From contig MU008225.1 in assembly GCA_010909165.1 (NCBI GenBank), positions 1 through 64,000 on the forward strand: a stretch of DNA of 64,000 nt, in the 5' to 3' direction. Both the position numbers and the translations under genes were made by a program. Within the stretch, counting starts at the first letter, position 1; each line of letters starts with the position of its first letter. A model generated the notes under the pieces. That model did no database searches and was not told the DNA's origin. It worked only from the letters and a program-made list of their open reading frames with translations. This DNA comes from Anthoceros angustus. Taxonomy: Eukaryota > Plantae > Anthocerotophyta. Below, piece after piece: positions 37,733-50,109 of this stretch.

Positions 37733-39778
37733 TGTGGGAGGAGAAAACTCCGGGTCTTCGAGGCTTCCCCTCTAGCGGCCACACTTATCCCACTTTGTCC
37801 AAATGGTCGTTGGGTTTCGTCCCATGAGACTTGTGTGAAAGTTCGAGGTCTTGTGATAATATCGCTACTGCGGTGACACACTTCGACCTTCTAAACAAGC
37901 AAAAGGCGCCTCTACTCTCCCTCTTACGGTGCACCACTTGCCTTTGCTCAGAAAATCACCAATCCTCGACCTACAATGCGACACAACACAATTGCGAGTC
38001 CACCTTAGCGGTGAGCCTATCACGGGCGCCGGGGACCCCAGTCCACACACAATTTCAGTCCCTACTTCTAAGACCACTCTTCTCCACTCGGAGGCGCCCT
38101 TTTACTTGATTTGGGATTCGTCCCTTAGGCTGCCTGTGGCCTTCCACTAACTCTACCTCTAATCCTCTACTCATCTCCTCCTCTTCCTCCTATTCTAACC
38201 TCGGGTTCGGGCTTCTTGGTTCGGCTCGCCCTTACGGCTGGCCACAGGGTCGGCCTCCACCGACAAGTTCTTCCTTGGGCGGTTGCTATGAGTTTGACAC
38301 AGACGGCGAGAACCTCCGGAGTCTTTCCTGTAGTCTACCCTCAAGCCGAGAGTTCCAGGCATTGCCACACACCCAAAGCAAAGCAATTTCGCAACCATTC
38401 ACAAGGGAGCAACTCGTTTAGGCACTTGCGGTGAGCAAGCCCTCCACCAACACTCCGACCACCGCGACTTCCTCTCTACCCGGGGTTGGCTCCTGGTAAG
38501 CACGAAATTCCTTTACAAGACAAAGGACTCGGGAGTATGGGCAAAGACATGATACTTTACTTTGTGAAATCCTCCTCCTCTTATAGGAGGCCTTCCACAT
38601 ACAACCTCCTTGGGTGACCCTCTGCAGGTCACCTTTTCCAATATTCTATTATTTCCTACATGACATTTCTGGCATCTAAGTCTCTTGCGATTGGTAAATT
38701 CTATTCTAGCAACTTCACCTAAGATCATCCTTAAAGGATGTCGACATCTCACCTATCCTTTCTATTCTCCTACTCAACATTTATGGTCTTTGACCATACC
38801 TAGTCCTCACCTTCTTTGGGATAGTGGCGTGTCCGCGTGGGTTGGCTCCCTCGCCTCCTTTGCTCTGCGCCCCTTCCCGGATCTTGTCATCTTCCCTGTG
38901 TGGGGCAAGTACAATTTTCCCCTTCCTCCGACTCAGCGGTGGCCACGATTCCCCTCATCATCCGGTGTGCACCCCTTTCCCCTCAGGCGCCCTTTAGCCT
39001 CAGCCTCACGGCGCTCCTTCTTTCATCACCCCACTTGGTAGTCGGCGGACTAAGGGGTAGGTGACTTACCTACCATGGTAGTCGGTCCCCTTCTCCTTTC
39101 TTCCTTCCTTTTCATTGGCGATGACCCTTGGGTTGGAATCCTCTTTGCTCCTTTCCTCCTGTTTGGTTTGTCCATACCTATCATGGAGCATCTTCAAAGA
39201 GTCTTCATCCCCCATTTGCTGGCCGATGTCGCTACTAACTCCTCCGGGCCCTTTTCGCGTTGGTCTCCTCTCCTGGCCCGGGCTCTTCCCTTATTCGTGG
39301 GGTGAGGGAACTTCTCACCCCTCCCCCTTCCTCGACGGGTCGGATCCCGTCCTTGTCTTCCACCGGTGGGGCTGTTTCTCCCACCGCCTCGTCTCCTTCC
39401 CTAGGGGTATGCGATCGGACCCCCTGGCTCCTTCAGCCACAGCCAGGCCTTCACGGCCCGACTCCCCATCGGGCCCCTCGCCGGGTACCTTCCCCACCGG
39501 TGTCCAGCGACCACGGCGGTTGTGATCTACCGCAGTAGTCTGGCGGACTACCCGCTGTAGGGTGGTCACCTCTGTTAGGGTGACCCCCTATGGCGGGCTC
39601 CCCCTCCTTGCTCTCCACACCATCTTCCCCCAGGCGCGGCTCCTCCATCTCCACCATCTCCTCGGACTCCTCGGGTCCATCACCTCGTGGCCCCGTCAAA
39701 GTCGGGAGGCCTCAGCACTTGCCTGCAGCCTTCTTCCCCGCCATCATCATGAGGACCCAATGTTCTCCTCTTGTGCCA
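37733..39778 (-). mobile_element. Truncated long LTR, subfamily A (copy A3)
   Basis: Starts TGTGGGAGGAGAAAACTCCGGG, is colinear with 9777-11610, and breaks abruptly at ~39778. Confidence 0.85.
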
Positions 39779-39784
39779 ATCGTT

Positions 39785-40948
39785 GGTTCATCATCAAGAA
39801 GGCGAAGAAGATGCAAGCTTGGATACATGGCGTGACCCGGATCCAAGGGCAAGGGAAGAAACCTCGGCACTACGAGAGAAGATAGCTCGGAGGAAGAAGA
39901 GCGTCTTGACACGCGGTCACGGAAGACACGGAAGGAAGCTTGGGATCCTCTTCCAGAACCTATGCCAAGATGCCAAAGTCGTTTGAGCCATTGCCAAGGA
40001 GCGCGGAGCAACATCAAAGTAGTGGGCGATGTGGAGAAACCCATGCAGATTCTTGTGAGGCGATGGCACAAAAGCTTCACGGAGATGCCATGTTTGACCT
40101 ACAAGACATGGGGTTGGCGTGAAGGAAGTCGGGGTTTGACTCGGCGGATGTTGACAAGGCTTGAAGCAAGTGTCCAAGATTTGCCACCCTGCAATAGCAA
40201 TGATGTCATTCTTGACCTCGGCAAGCATCTCTGTGGAAAAGCGGAATCTTGCAGTGGGGGTGGCTTTGGTCAACAATGGAGAGGCATATTGAAATCAATG
40301 GATTCGCACCAAGGAGGTGTTGATTGACACGGCCGGTGATCGTTGGAAGAAGAGTGAAGAAGCGTTGGGTCTCCACCAAGAAAGGTTGAAGGAAACCAAG
40401 TGGAAGATCCGGACCGCATGGGACCACCGAGCATGTGTTGGGGTAACAAGGTACAATGAAGGTTTCATTCAAACCAAGAATGAGACTTCACCTTTGTCAG
40501 CCATGCTTGGTCAGCGATGCGAACACATTTGATGTCTTCTTTGGGCGGGCCTTGTACAAACACAGGTCATGGTGGATTTGTGGGCCGAGGCAGTCTACTA
40601 TCGACAGTGGAGAAGGCTGGAGCAAAAGCAGGTAGCAGTTGCTGCATCCCTCTGCGGTACATGGCAAGGATCATGAGAACCTCATTGCCAGCAGCGTCTA
40701 CCCAATGTTTGTGCCGTGGTGAAGGACACGCCATCGTGCTTGAACCTCTTGGTGTGTGTCTAACAACCATAGCGGCACTGATGGAGGATTTTGGCGAGGA
40801 GGAGGAAGACAAGCTAGGGTTGCAACCACCCTCGGAGGAGGTTCTTCAAGTCAGCCGGACGGAGCTGGTGACTGCAGCAATGAGCCGTGAAAAAGCTATG
40901 GAGGATGGTGCAAGAGGACCAGTGTTCTATGAGCCGGAGAACTGCTGT
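39785..40948 (+). mobile_element. Retroelement polyprotein, left part: retropepsin-like aspartic protease plus linker
   Basis: IEINGFAP.EVLIDT(G)..PVIVG....LGL (DT at 40326-40331), WKIRTA and CLVSDANTFDV.LG (~40504-40546). The frame stays open up to the Copia insertion. Confidence 0.65.
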
Positions 40949-41127
40949 TGTTAGGAATGAAACCCTAACATAGTTTATTCCTTAGTTTCTATACTAGAGG
41001 TTAGATACGTAACTCAAGAGACACATCAATTTTGTATTTAAGATATTCTCTGTTCATTAATACATACTCTCTTGTGTGTTATGCTTTCTAGCCTAAGTGT
41101 CTTATAATGCATGATATAAAGTAAACA
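40949..41127 (+). repeat. Copia 5' LTR (179 bp)
   Basis: TGTTAG...TAAACA, matches 47371-47553. Confidence 0.95.
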
Positions 41128-41138
41128 TGGTATCGAGC
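41128..41138 (+). promoter_or_regulatory. Primer-binding site (tRNA-iMet type)
   Basis: TGGTATCGAGC directly after the LTR; this is canonical TGGTATCAGAGC minus one base. Confidence 0.85.
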
Positions 41139-42349
41139 ACTATGATGCTTGAGTCTTCCGCTACACTAATGTTGTTGAGTCTAATGGTATCTAGGTTGAG
41201 TTGTTGTTGTGAATACTTGATCTAGAAATCACCATTGTAGCTAGATGAATTCTAGCTATTCTCCTTAGAAAATGACTAGAAGGAATGGTAGACGATGGGA
41301 TAGAAATCCAGACGTCACCGGTTCTTTCTAGGTCATCTAGGATCGATACATCTTACGTCATAATCGATCCGAAGGTTGGATTGCGGACGGAGGGCGGTGA
41401 GGGCAAGCAGTGCATTTAATCTTGAGCAAGTTTTGGCCAATCCTAATTCTATGAGGCGTACAAGCTCATAGGGCGAATCCTAGCACTGCAAGGAAGAAAG
41501 CGGTGGACGTGGAGCGTCCACCTCGCAAGAGGCGTGGAGAATTAGAGAGGAAACCCTTATCTCTCCACCAATCCATGTTCAACGATGATCATTACGCTGG
41601 AAGTGCTAGAATCGGTGTTGTTGCGATTTGTCATCAACACTTCACCGTTCTTGGTGGAAATCTCTTCCGACATTGAATTTGTTCGGAGGGAAGTGCTGGT
41701 GGCGAATGATCTGTCTAACCTAACAGTCCAACATCGCCCAGCCCCAATCTCAAGTTCAATTAGAGACACTTGTGCCTACGAGAGAATCCTGTGGTGCAGG
41801 CTCACAGTGAGGCAAAGGATGCAAATCTGAACGGCGGGAATCAATCAAGGCGGGGAGGCGTGCAAGTCTGCAGCTGACCCAATCGGCGCCCGATCAAGGT
41901 GCCATTGGGGTGGTTGCCGACCTTGCACGCTCTTGCTTGGTTGGACTAATGCTTGACCTTCAGATCTCTTCGTGCCTCCCACGCCACCACCTAGGTCGAA
42001 GGCACTTGTTAGTTTGGTTCATGTGAGTTTTCCGGTATTTAGGGTTTTGAGTAGCGTTTCATTATTAAACGTACCTCTTGCTTTCTCGTGAGACACCCGT
42101 TCACATAGGCTCCTACATTTACCTTTAACATGTAGCGAGCTTGCCGGACTCTAGCCGGAGGAAAGCATGAGTGAGTTAGGATCACCTTCCCTCTCTCCGT
42201 GCTTCCCTAGTCCACACCTCTGCAGTCCCCACAGTTAGCTTAATTCACATGTCAACACAGACATAACTTACTTGTAGTTTATGTCCATATTTGATTCGAG
42301 ATAGTGATTGATTAGAGCCATTCTTTTGGCTATTTATTCTCGCCCATTA

Positions 42350-45300
42350 TCTCCGATGATGTCTACATACACTCCTGTTACAACATCTCCGGGCTCATCC
42401 TACTCGGTGAGTTCAAAGAAAAGGATGATTTGTGGGACAGTCCGATTTGAAAGTTGGAGAGCTCGCATGAAGGCACACCTCACGCTCGCGTGTGGGAGTA
42501 TGCGATGGTTCTCTCCGGATCCTTCCATTGTTCTCGGTGAACAACAACCGCATGTGATGTCATAGACAAGTGGAAGAAGGGCAACAAGATCGCTTTGCGA
42601 TCCTGCGTCGTGGATGAAACCACACGTTCGAGGTGGAGTTTCTTACAACATGTTGCATGAAAGCAATAGTCGACACGTGCAAGTCTGAGAACATACTTAC
42701 TTTGGTAGCTGCCGGAATGCTTTCCATGCTTTGCGTCTGAAGGATGGAGAATCTGGGAGCACATGTGTCCAAGTTGCGCTATCTTAGAGCAGCTTGGGCT
42801 CAATAGCAAAATCTCGAGGTGGACATGATGCTCAGCTCATTGCCACCTCCACACTCATATCAGGGCGTTTGTGTCCGGGAATGCATCTCTTAGGGACTCA
42901 TATCTTGCTGGCTGGCAGTAGATCATCCACCATTAACTTCAATGAAGTTGTTGGTGCTCTCCTTCAAGAAGAAGCAGTCGTAAGACAATTTGGAGGTCGC
43001 CTCGTGGTGACAAGGTCCTATTCTAAGGGCAAAGGACCTTGGAAGGAAGGATAAGAAAGGAGAAACATATAGCAGTGGTGTCCGAATAAACATACCTTCT
43101 TGGAGGAGCTACCAAACAGCTGGCTGGTGTGGAATTCAATCCGGAAAGGGACTATGGAAGAAAAGCAGGGAGCCAAAAGTTCCAAAGCCAAGCTAATGTA
43201 ACTTCTAAGAGCAGGCGATGCAGTTCTCAACACAAGAGTGGGAAGTCTTGTCCTCACAGTTTTCACGTCTTATAAAAACGAACATCCTCTGTTTGTGGAT
43301 TGGGTGCCTATATCTGCAACAAGCGTGACACTTCTCCAGTCATAAGCAGTCACCTCAATGGTGTATGTGGGTGATGCTCGAGGCGTGGAGGTAAAGGGGC
43401 GAGTTCGGTGGACATACCTCATTTGGTGGCGCAGCCTTGCATCTAGTTGGCGATTACGTTTGTACAGATGAGCAAGAATCTTCATTAGAGCTCTTGTCAG
43501 TCGGTATGGCTTTAAGTTTGAGCACGAAGTGCTATATATATAGGCTCACTGATGTATTAGTTGCTAAAGTGGTACTAATGACTTCTGTCGAGTTAGTTCA
43601 TCACAAGTCTAAGGTCGGGCACTAGTTCTTTGCTTATAAGTTGCGAGGCTAATCTCGCGCCGTTTAGGTCATGTTAACAAAACTAAGCTAGATCTAATGT
43701 CGTCGTCCATTGCAGAGAACAACTTCCTACATGTTTCAAACATCTTGGCGTCAGCTCATGTGTCTTATCTAAGCCAAAAGAGCTACCCTTTAATAAGTCA
43801 TTCAAGGCCACCTAGTCTTAGAGCTCATTCATGCGATATGTTTGGAAAACTTCTATTAAGTCTCTTGGGGGCGAATACTATCTCTCTCTCAGATGATTTT
43901 TCCGTTACACTTGGACATTTCCTTTAAAGCTTAAAAGTGACGTCTTTGAGACCATTGCTTCACAGATTCCAATGGTTCAACGTCAAGCGGAGAAAATTAG
44001 TTAAGTGTTTCCGGACCCGGACGGGAGAATTCACAGTTATAAGTTTGATCACTGTTCGATTTGGTATCATTCGACAATTGGTTGTTTATACCCAGCGAGC
44101 AGTTGCTTGAGCAAGAATCAGCGATGGGGATGACCAGAGCATGCTTTCTGGCCTCCACAAGATTACAGGCAGGTGACCCACATCATCAAGTGGTCACTTC
44201 ACTCTTCCGGACGGACACCCTATGAAGGCTTTTGGGGGCGGAAACCTAGTCTTCTTCATCTTCGTGTTTTGGTTCCACTTTTGCTATATCCTCAAGCCAA
44301 AAGAGGAAGTTAGATGATAGGTCAAAACCCTTGATCTTTACGGGGTATTACGAGGAGTCTAAAGCCTACAAGTTATATGACCCTCAAACATCCAAGATTA
44401 CCTTATCACGACTATACTTTCAAAGAGTTGTACGCTCCTAAGCGCACCATTGATCCATTTGGTTTCACCTTCCCTCGAAAGAAGATCCTTCTCCATATCT
44501 CCTTACACATATCACATATCGAGGAGATCCACCGATCACAGGATCACGAGGGCAGTCAGTACAAGCTAATGGCAACATAAATAATGAAGCCGGGCGAGGA
44601 TTTGCTTGGATACCTTACTGCGCTCCTACTCTTACTTTGAGATGACTTGGATGCGATTGGGAGGATCTTTGAGGATGTACCTCCTGCTGCGATGGATGAT
44701 GATGAGCTGTCCATGCAAGGTTACGATGATGTGTTTTCCGATGTTGATTTCCATGTTGGTGATCCTCGCACGAGACAATCATCTAGATGAAGTTCACCGA
44801 GACTAGGTACCCAACTCGTGAGCAGCGAACAAGGGAAAATTGGCTGGAACCACCTTATCAAGCTCAGATTTTCGAGACTGCGCAGCGTTTGCATCTTTAT
44901 GTACCGATGTTAGACCGGATCCTCGGACTTACTCGGAGGCTCTGAATGGCCACGATGGGGAACACTGGAAATCCATAGATGACGAGTATAGCATCTCATT
45001 AAAACAATACATGGGAGCTTGTTGACTTACCAGCGAAGAAAGCCCATTAGTTGTAAGTGGGTCTTCAAGACCAAGTTGAACTCTGACGGAACAATTGCAC
45101 GCTATAAATCCGGTTAGTTGCGAGGGGTTTAGTCGGATCCTCAGTATAGACTATGGTGAGACGTTTTCCCGATGGTTAAGCCCCGTCCATTGAATTTTGC
45201 TTGCAATGGCGCGGTACAACTTGGAAGTGCACCAGATGGATGTGTGCACAGCATTCCTCCACGGTGAACTCGAGGAAACTTTGTACATGCTGCAACCAGA

Positions 45301-46420
45301 AGGGTTCATCAGTAAGAAGGCTGCTAAGAAAGTCTGTAAACTCCTCAAGACAATTTACGGGCTGAAACAGAGCCCTCGGGCCTGGTATAAACGTATTATG
45401 AAATACTTGCGTAAGCTGGGTTTTCTTCAAAGTCCGGCGGATACCAATGTATTTTATCTGGCTACAGGTGCTCTGTTTGTCATCTTGGCCTTATATGTGG
45501 ATGACTGTGTCCTTCTTAGTAATGACCTAGGCCAGATGGACAGAGTTAAAGACATGTTACGGCAGGAGTTCGAAATGACGGACCAGAGTGAACTACAATT
45601 CTGCCTAGGAATTCAGATTCTTAGAAACAGACAAGCAGGCCAGATTACATTACACCAGACTAAGTACCTTAAGGAAATACTGAAGCGGTTTAATTTGGAT
45701 GCGGCTCGTCCTGTGGCCACACCATCAGCTGTGGGGGAGAAGTTGACACATGACATGTCACCACTGAGTCCTGAAGAGATCTCTGATATGAGTCTTGTGC
45801 CTTACGCTGAAGCTGTGGGTTGCTTGATTTTTCTAGCAAATTGGACGAGGCCAGATATCAGTTATGCAGTAAGCCAGGCTTCCCAATTCCTCAAACAACC
45901 TGGACGGTTGCATTGGGCAGCCGTTAAACGCATATATAGATATCTCCGAGGAACTATCTCCTATGGCCTACAATATACATCTAGTGGGAGTAACAGTTTG
46001 ACACTTATCTCTTATCGCCGATGCCGGGCGTCGATCGACACTCGCAGAGTCCGCCGCATATTGTTTCTTCTTGTCCTCGAGTGCATCGGTGGGCGAAGCG
46101 AGACTTCACTTGCTCGCCCTCAATCGAGGCGGAGTACAAAGCTCTTCTGGATGCCGCAAGGAGACCGAATGGCAACGAGTTCTGAGAGTCGGCCAAACTC
46201 GGGAAGGCCCTACTGTTTTGTGACAACATGAGTGCTATAGCCCTTGTTTCTAATCCGGGTTCCACGCGTACTAAGCATATAGAATTGTACCATCACTATA
46301 TTAGGGACGTGGCAGCGAGGGCTATCAAGGTGCAATACATAAGCACTCACGAACACAGGACATATTTACTAAAGGGCTCCCAAAGGCCAAACATTTTCAG
46401 CACATGGCTGCCTTAGGTCT
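42350..46420 (+). CDS. Copia gag-pol polyprotein (frameshifted)
   Basis: Gag FESWRARMKAHL; RT HQMDVCTAFLHGELEE, IYGLKQSPRAW and LYVDD (ORF 45197-46231); RNase H RTKHIELYHHYIRD. Confidence 0.9.
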
Positions 46421-47370
46421 CAAGCGGTTCGGCTACTCTAAGAAAGCAACCGACTATCTCAGTGGCTATGGCTAAAGCAGAGATCGCTGCTATTCACACA
46501 TAGGGTGTGCACCTTAGTGGCCACCGCCACTATTACGATGAGGCGACGGGCTCATAAGCCATTCCGCAAGGAAGGTCAGTCTTAGATTAGTGGTGTCGGC
46601 ATGCATGTCCGGAGGATGAAGCTTTAGCTTGAAATCAAAACGGACATGGAATGCAACAGATTAGGTAGAAAACCCACCTTATACGGTTTCTTCCCACAGT
46701 GAAAGCAGGCAACTACGGTATGCACACACTTCGCCGCTCCTTCCGCTCTGTTGATCCCTATCTTGTCGAAGGCTTCGTCGGCGGCAGCTACTGTTGTTCA
46801 CTTCTCTTCTACCTGCTGCCGGGCCACCTCGCCTCTTTACGCCCACAGAGCTTCCATTTCATCCGGGGTTGCCATGACGGCAACTTGCCGTTCTAGCATA
46901 AGTGCGTGGGAGCTCTTCCTCCACCGGCTTGATGATGAGGGAAGCTCTCCACAGTCAGAGTCGTCGGTGGTGTTGTCGATGTCTATGTTGGTCATGTCGG
47001 GTTGAGACTGGAGGATTCCAGCTCAATTAAAATTGGAGCCCTTCTTGGGCGCCACGGCAATCGGGGCGCTGTGCGATTCTGCCACTTGCTCGTGTCGCAG
47101 ACGTCGCGTGCCCCACTCCCGCCAAAGGTTGCTAGCTCTCTTCATGTTGGTGTGTCGAGGACTCGGCGAGCTTGGGCGTGAAGCTCCAGGCGTGTCTTCA
47201 TCTTTAGGTTTGTGCGTAATCAATCTGCTGAGCAGATATCCAGCCAGATACAAGGAAGACGAGCTCCATGCGGTGTATCACCTGGGAGTACGCCATTGAG
47301 AGTAGTCATGAATTGTATACAATGATTGTAAGTTCAAACCTATGGTTGTATAAACCATGTTGGTTTAGTG

Positions 47371-47553
47371 TGTTAGAATGAAACCTAACATAGTTTTATA
47401 CCTTAGTTTCTATACTAGAGGTTAGATATCGTGAACTCAAGAGACACATCAATTTTGTATTTAAGATATTCTCTGTTCATTAATACATACTCTCTTGTGT
47501 GTTATGCTTTCTAGCCTAAGTGTCTTAGCTGAATGCATGATATAAGGTAAACA
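47371..47553 (+). repeat. Copia 3' LTR (183 bp)
   Basis: Matches the 5' LTR and is followed by TSD GCTGT. Confidence 0.95.
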
Positions 47554-47558
47554 GCTGT

Positions 47559-48490
47559 AAGTTCTTGCCTAGGGTTGAGCCTGTTTGTGACCTAAACACC
47601 CAGGTGATCACATGGTGACCTCGGGAAGACGACATAGTGCTGGTGGAACTCTTTGGAGGCATCAGTACCGGCTTGGAAGCAGTGCTGAAGTGTGGCATCA
47701 AAGTACGAAGATACGTGCATTGTGACCCGAATCCAAAAACAAGGATTGTGTCACAGAAGCGTGTAAGGGACTTGATGGGGAAGTACCCTAACCTCCTGAC
47801 GTGGGAGTTAGTGAAGGGTTACTAGAAGGCACTGCCGATGGATGTTCACATGATATGGTTGTCCCATTTGAGTTGTCTTGGGCAACCGGTGGACCTTGTC
47901 ATCGCAGGTTGGGAGTGTCAAGGACTATCCTCTGCAGGCAAGGGTCAGGGTCGAAGGATCCGACGACATTGTTCTATGACTGATGAGGATCTTGCGCTTG
48001 ATCCAAAAGGCAAGAAAGGCCTTGTGGATACATGTTGGAGAATGTGCGGCATGCATGAGCGTGAAGAAGCAAGTCCGGAGGACTTTGCCACGATCCAGGA
48101 GTGTTGGGTCGGGAGCTTCTATTGGATGCGACTCAATTTGGTTCGAGGGCTCATAGGTTGAGGTCCATGTGGACTAACCTTGCTCCTTGGAACATTTGAA
48201 GTGTGCGAGGTCATTCACCAAGCGACCTAATCATGTTGTCAAGGATGTGCTAGCATCGGGAAGGCATGCCCAACAAGTCATCAAGGCCGACAATGCACTT
48301 CTCTGTGAACACGCTGGACACCCCATGGTTCCCTGAGGCGTAAGACTTGGACTTGGACACAAGGTTGGCCTCGAGAGGAGTTGGCCATGGGATTTTGCGA
48401 GCCACGAAGACACCGGGAGTGATCGAGAAGGAACGGTGTCTATTACTTGGGCAAGCATTGACATGAACATGATGACCTGGTTGTTTAGCG
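47559..48490 (+). pseudogene. DNMT3-like C5-cytosine DNA methyltransferase domain within a retroelement polyprotein
   Basis: Motif I LVELFGGISTG (47640); IV DLVIAGWECQGLS (Cys at 47916); VI YMLENV (48029); VIII LDATQFGSRAHRLRSMWTNL (48122; cf. DNMT3 AHRARYFWGNL); IX ER.LAMGF (~48373); X ERCLLLGQ.IDMN (48431). In-frame stops at 47616 and 47823. Confidence 0.9.
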
Positions 48491-48755
48491 GTGGAGTCGC
48501 TTACCAACTTCGAAACCAGAAGAAGGCGGGGTTGAAGCAGCGGATTCGGTGGGTGAAGGACATTCCAGCACTCGCATCTCAACAGGAGAAGGCGAGTTGG
48601 GAGGGCCAGGAGAGTGAGCACGTAGAGGAAGCGTGCAAGCCATCTAAGCCACAGCCACACGAGTGGTTAGGCCGAGTTGAAGAGAAATCAACGCGCTAAA
48701 GAAGTTGTTGGAGGCATCGCGACATGTGTTTGCTTTCACGCTTGGAGATTAGGTC
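48490..48755 (+). mobile_element. Linker and Gypsy-type pre-RT segment, truncated
   Basis: EINALKKLLEASRHVFAFTLGD(L)G at 48684-48754 resembles the L..LL....DVFA....LG segment that precedes Ty3/Gypsy RT. Confidence 0.55.
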
Positions 48756-50109
48756 TTCTTTTGGGCTCGGATGCATGGGCTGTGGGTTCTAAATCACTAA
48801 AAAGTGAAATGAGACATGTGCATTTACGGATGGTTGGGGCCAAAATGGGGTTGGACAAACCCCTATGCCGAGAAACGTTATGCACGATCCTCACTTTGTC
48901 ATTCATTGGTACATGACACACACAAATGTATGAAGGAAGATATGTTGAAGAATTTATAATCCGATATGAAGGGCAGTGACCAAACCGGGAAAAAGGAGGA
49001 AAGCTAATTTGCCCAAAACGCATGTAAGGTTTTTGAACAAAGCGGTGATCTTATATTATGGTTTCAACTTGAATGCTCGCAAACATTTATATGCTAAGGA
49101 TAAGAAGGCGATAAAACAAAATTCAATGAATTACGCTTCATACAACCGCTAGCCAAAGTGGCGCGAAAGATAGTGAAGATAGCGGTGTTGATGCCGAACC
49201 TGCGACGATGATGGCGCAAATTCAGGATAATCGAGTACATGAACATGTGTGCACGGGTCTTTGTCCGAGAGACGTGAGTTTTCTTCCTTCATCTCCATAA
49301 GTTTCAATAGATTAACATCTATTGTCTGTGCATGGCTATTTTTCCCAGCGCATTATTAAACCGGTGTATTCCGCCAAGTTTAGCCATTACTATTCGATAA
49401 AGAGCAATGGAAACTGCCTACCGCAGACCTTGAATTCCATACGGGGCGATATCGACGGAAGATGGTGTTTATCTGCAACATGCATTGCAGACGAAGCGTT
49501 AACCAAACCCCAATATTGTTTGAATTTCTAAGGGCCAGTCCTAAGTGACTTGTCTTAGTGCATGACTTCTCTGATTGTTACGGTTCACCCCAACACGTGG
49601 GGAACACTATTTCTCTTACACGTGTACAATGAGGGCGACAACTCACCAGCGTCAATGGGTGTCCATGGACGAGGAGTGAAGAGGGCGCCGGTCGGCCGGC
49701 GCCCGCATTAAACACCAGCATGAGAATTGTGTTTTCCAGAATACAAGGGGCCCACATTGACCATGGACCATTGTACTTATGGCAGGCGAGCGGTTCACTT
49801 GATAAAAAAGGCCCCACGCACCATGTTTTTCGCGTTGAGTTGCCGGGGTCTGCTGATCGGTCTTTATCATCACCGGCACAAACGGACGTCGCACACGGGT
49901 CCGAAATGGATCCACATGGATGTATGAGGGGTCATCAATACCCTTTGCCTCCTTGATCCATACGAAATTGTGTCTATGGCGATGGACACCCTATTTTTAG
50001 GCTTTTGGACCACGATAATGAAAACCCTAAATGCACCCATTGGAAATCCTCTCATTGCCGATTAAATGGCGAAAACCCCCATGGTGCATATTAACCTCCT
50101 TACATGATT

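Larger units (their letters stand above)
40949..47553 (+). mobile_element. Full-length Ty1/Copia LTR retrotransposon (6.6 kb)
   Basis: Near-identical LTRs, TSD GCTGT (40944-40948 and 47554-47558), PBS, and gag-PR-INT-RT-RH remnants in Copia order. Confidence 0.95.

Noticed and set aside
49581-49607. CGGTTCACCCCAACACGTGGGGAACAC resembles a type I-E CRISPR repeat
   Set aside because: Single copy, no second repeat at spacer distance, no cas genes, and a eukaryotic context; treated as chance.
48760-50100. Continuation of reverse transcriptase after the DNMT domain
   Set aside because: No RT motifs could be read, and the sequence appears unrelated and unclassified.
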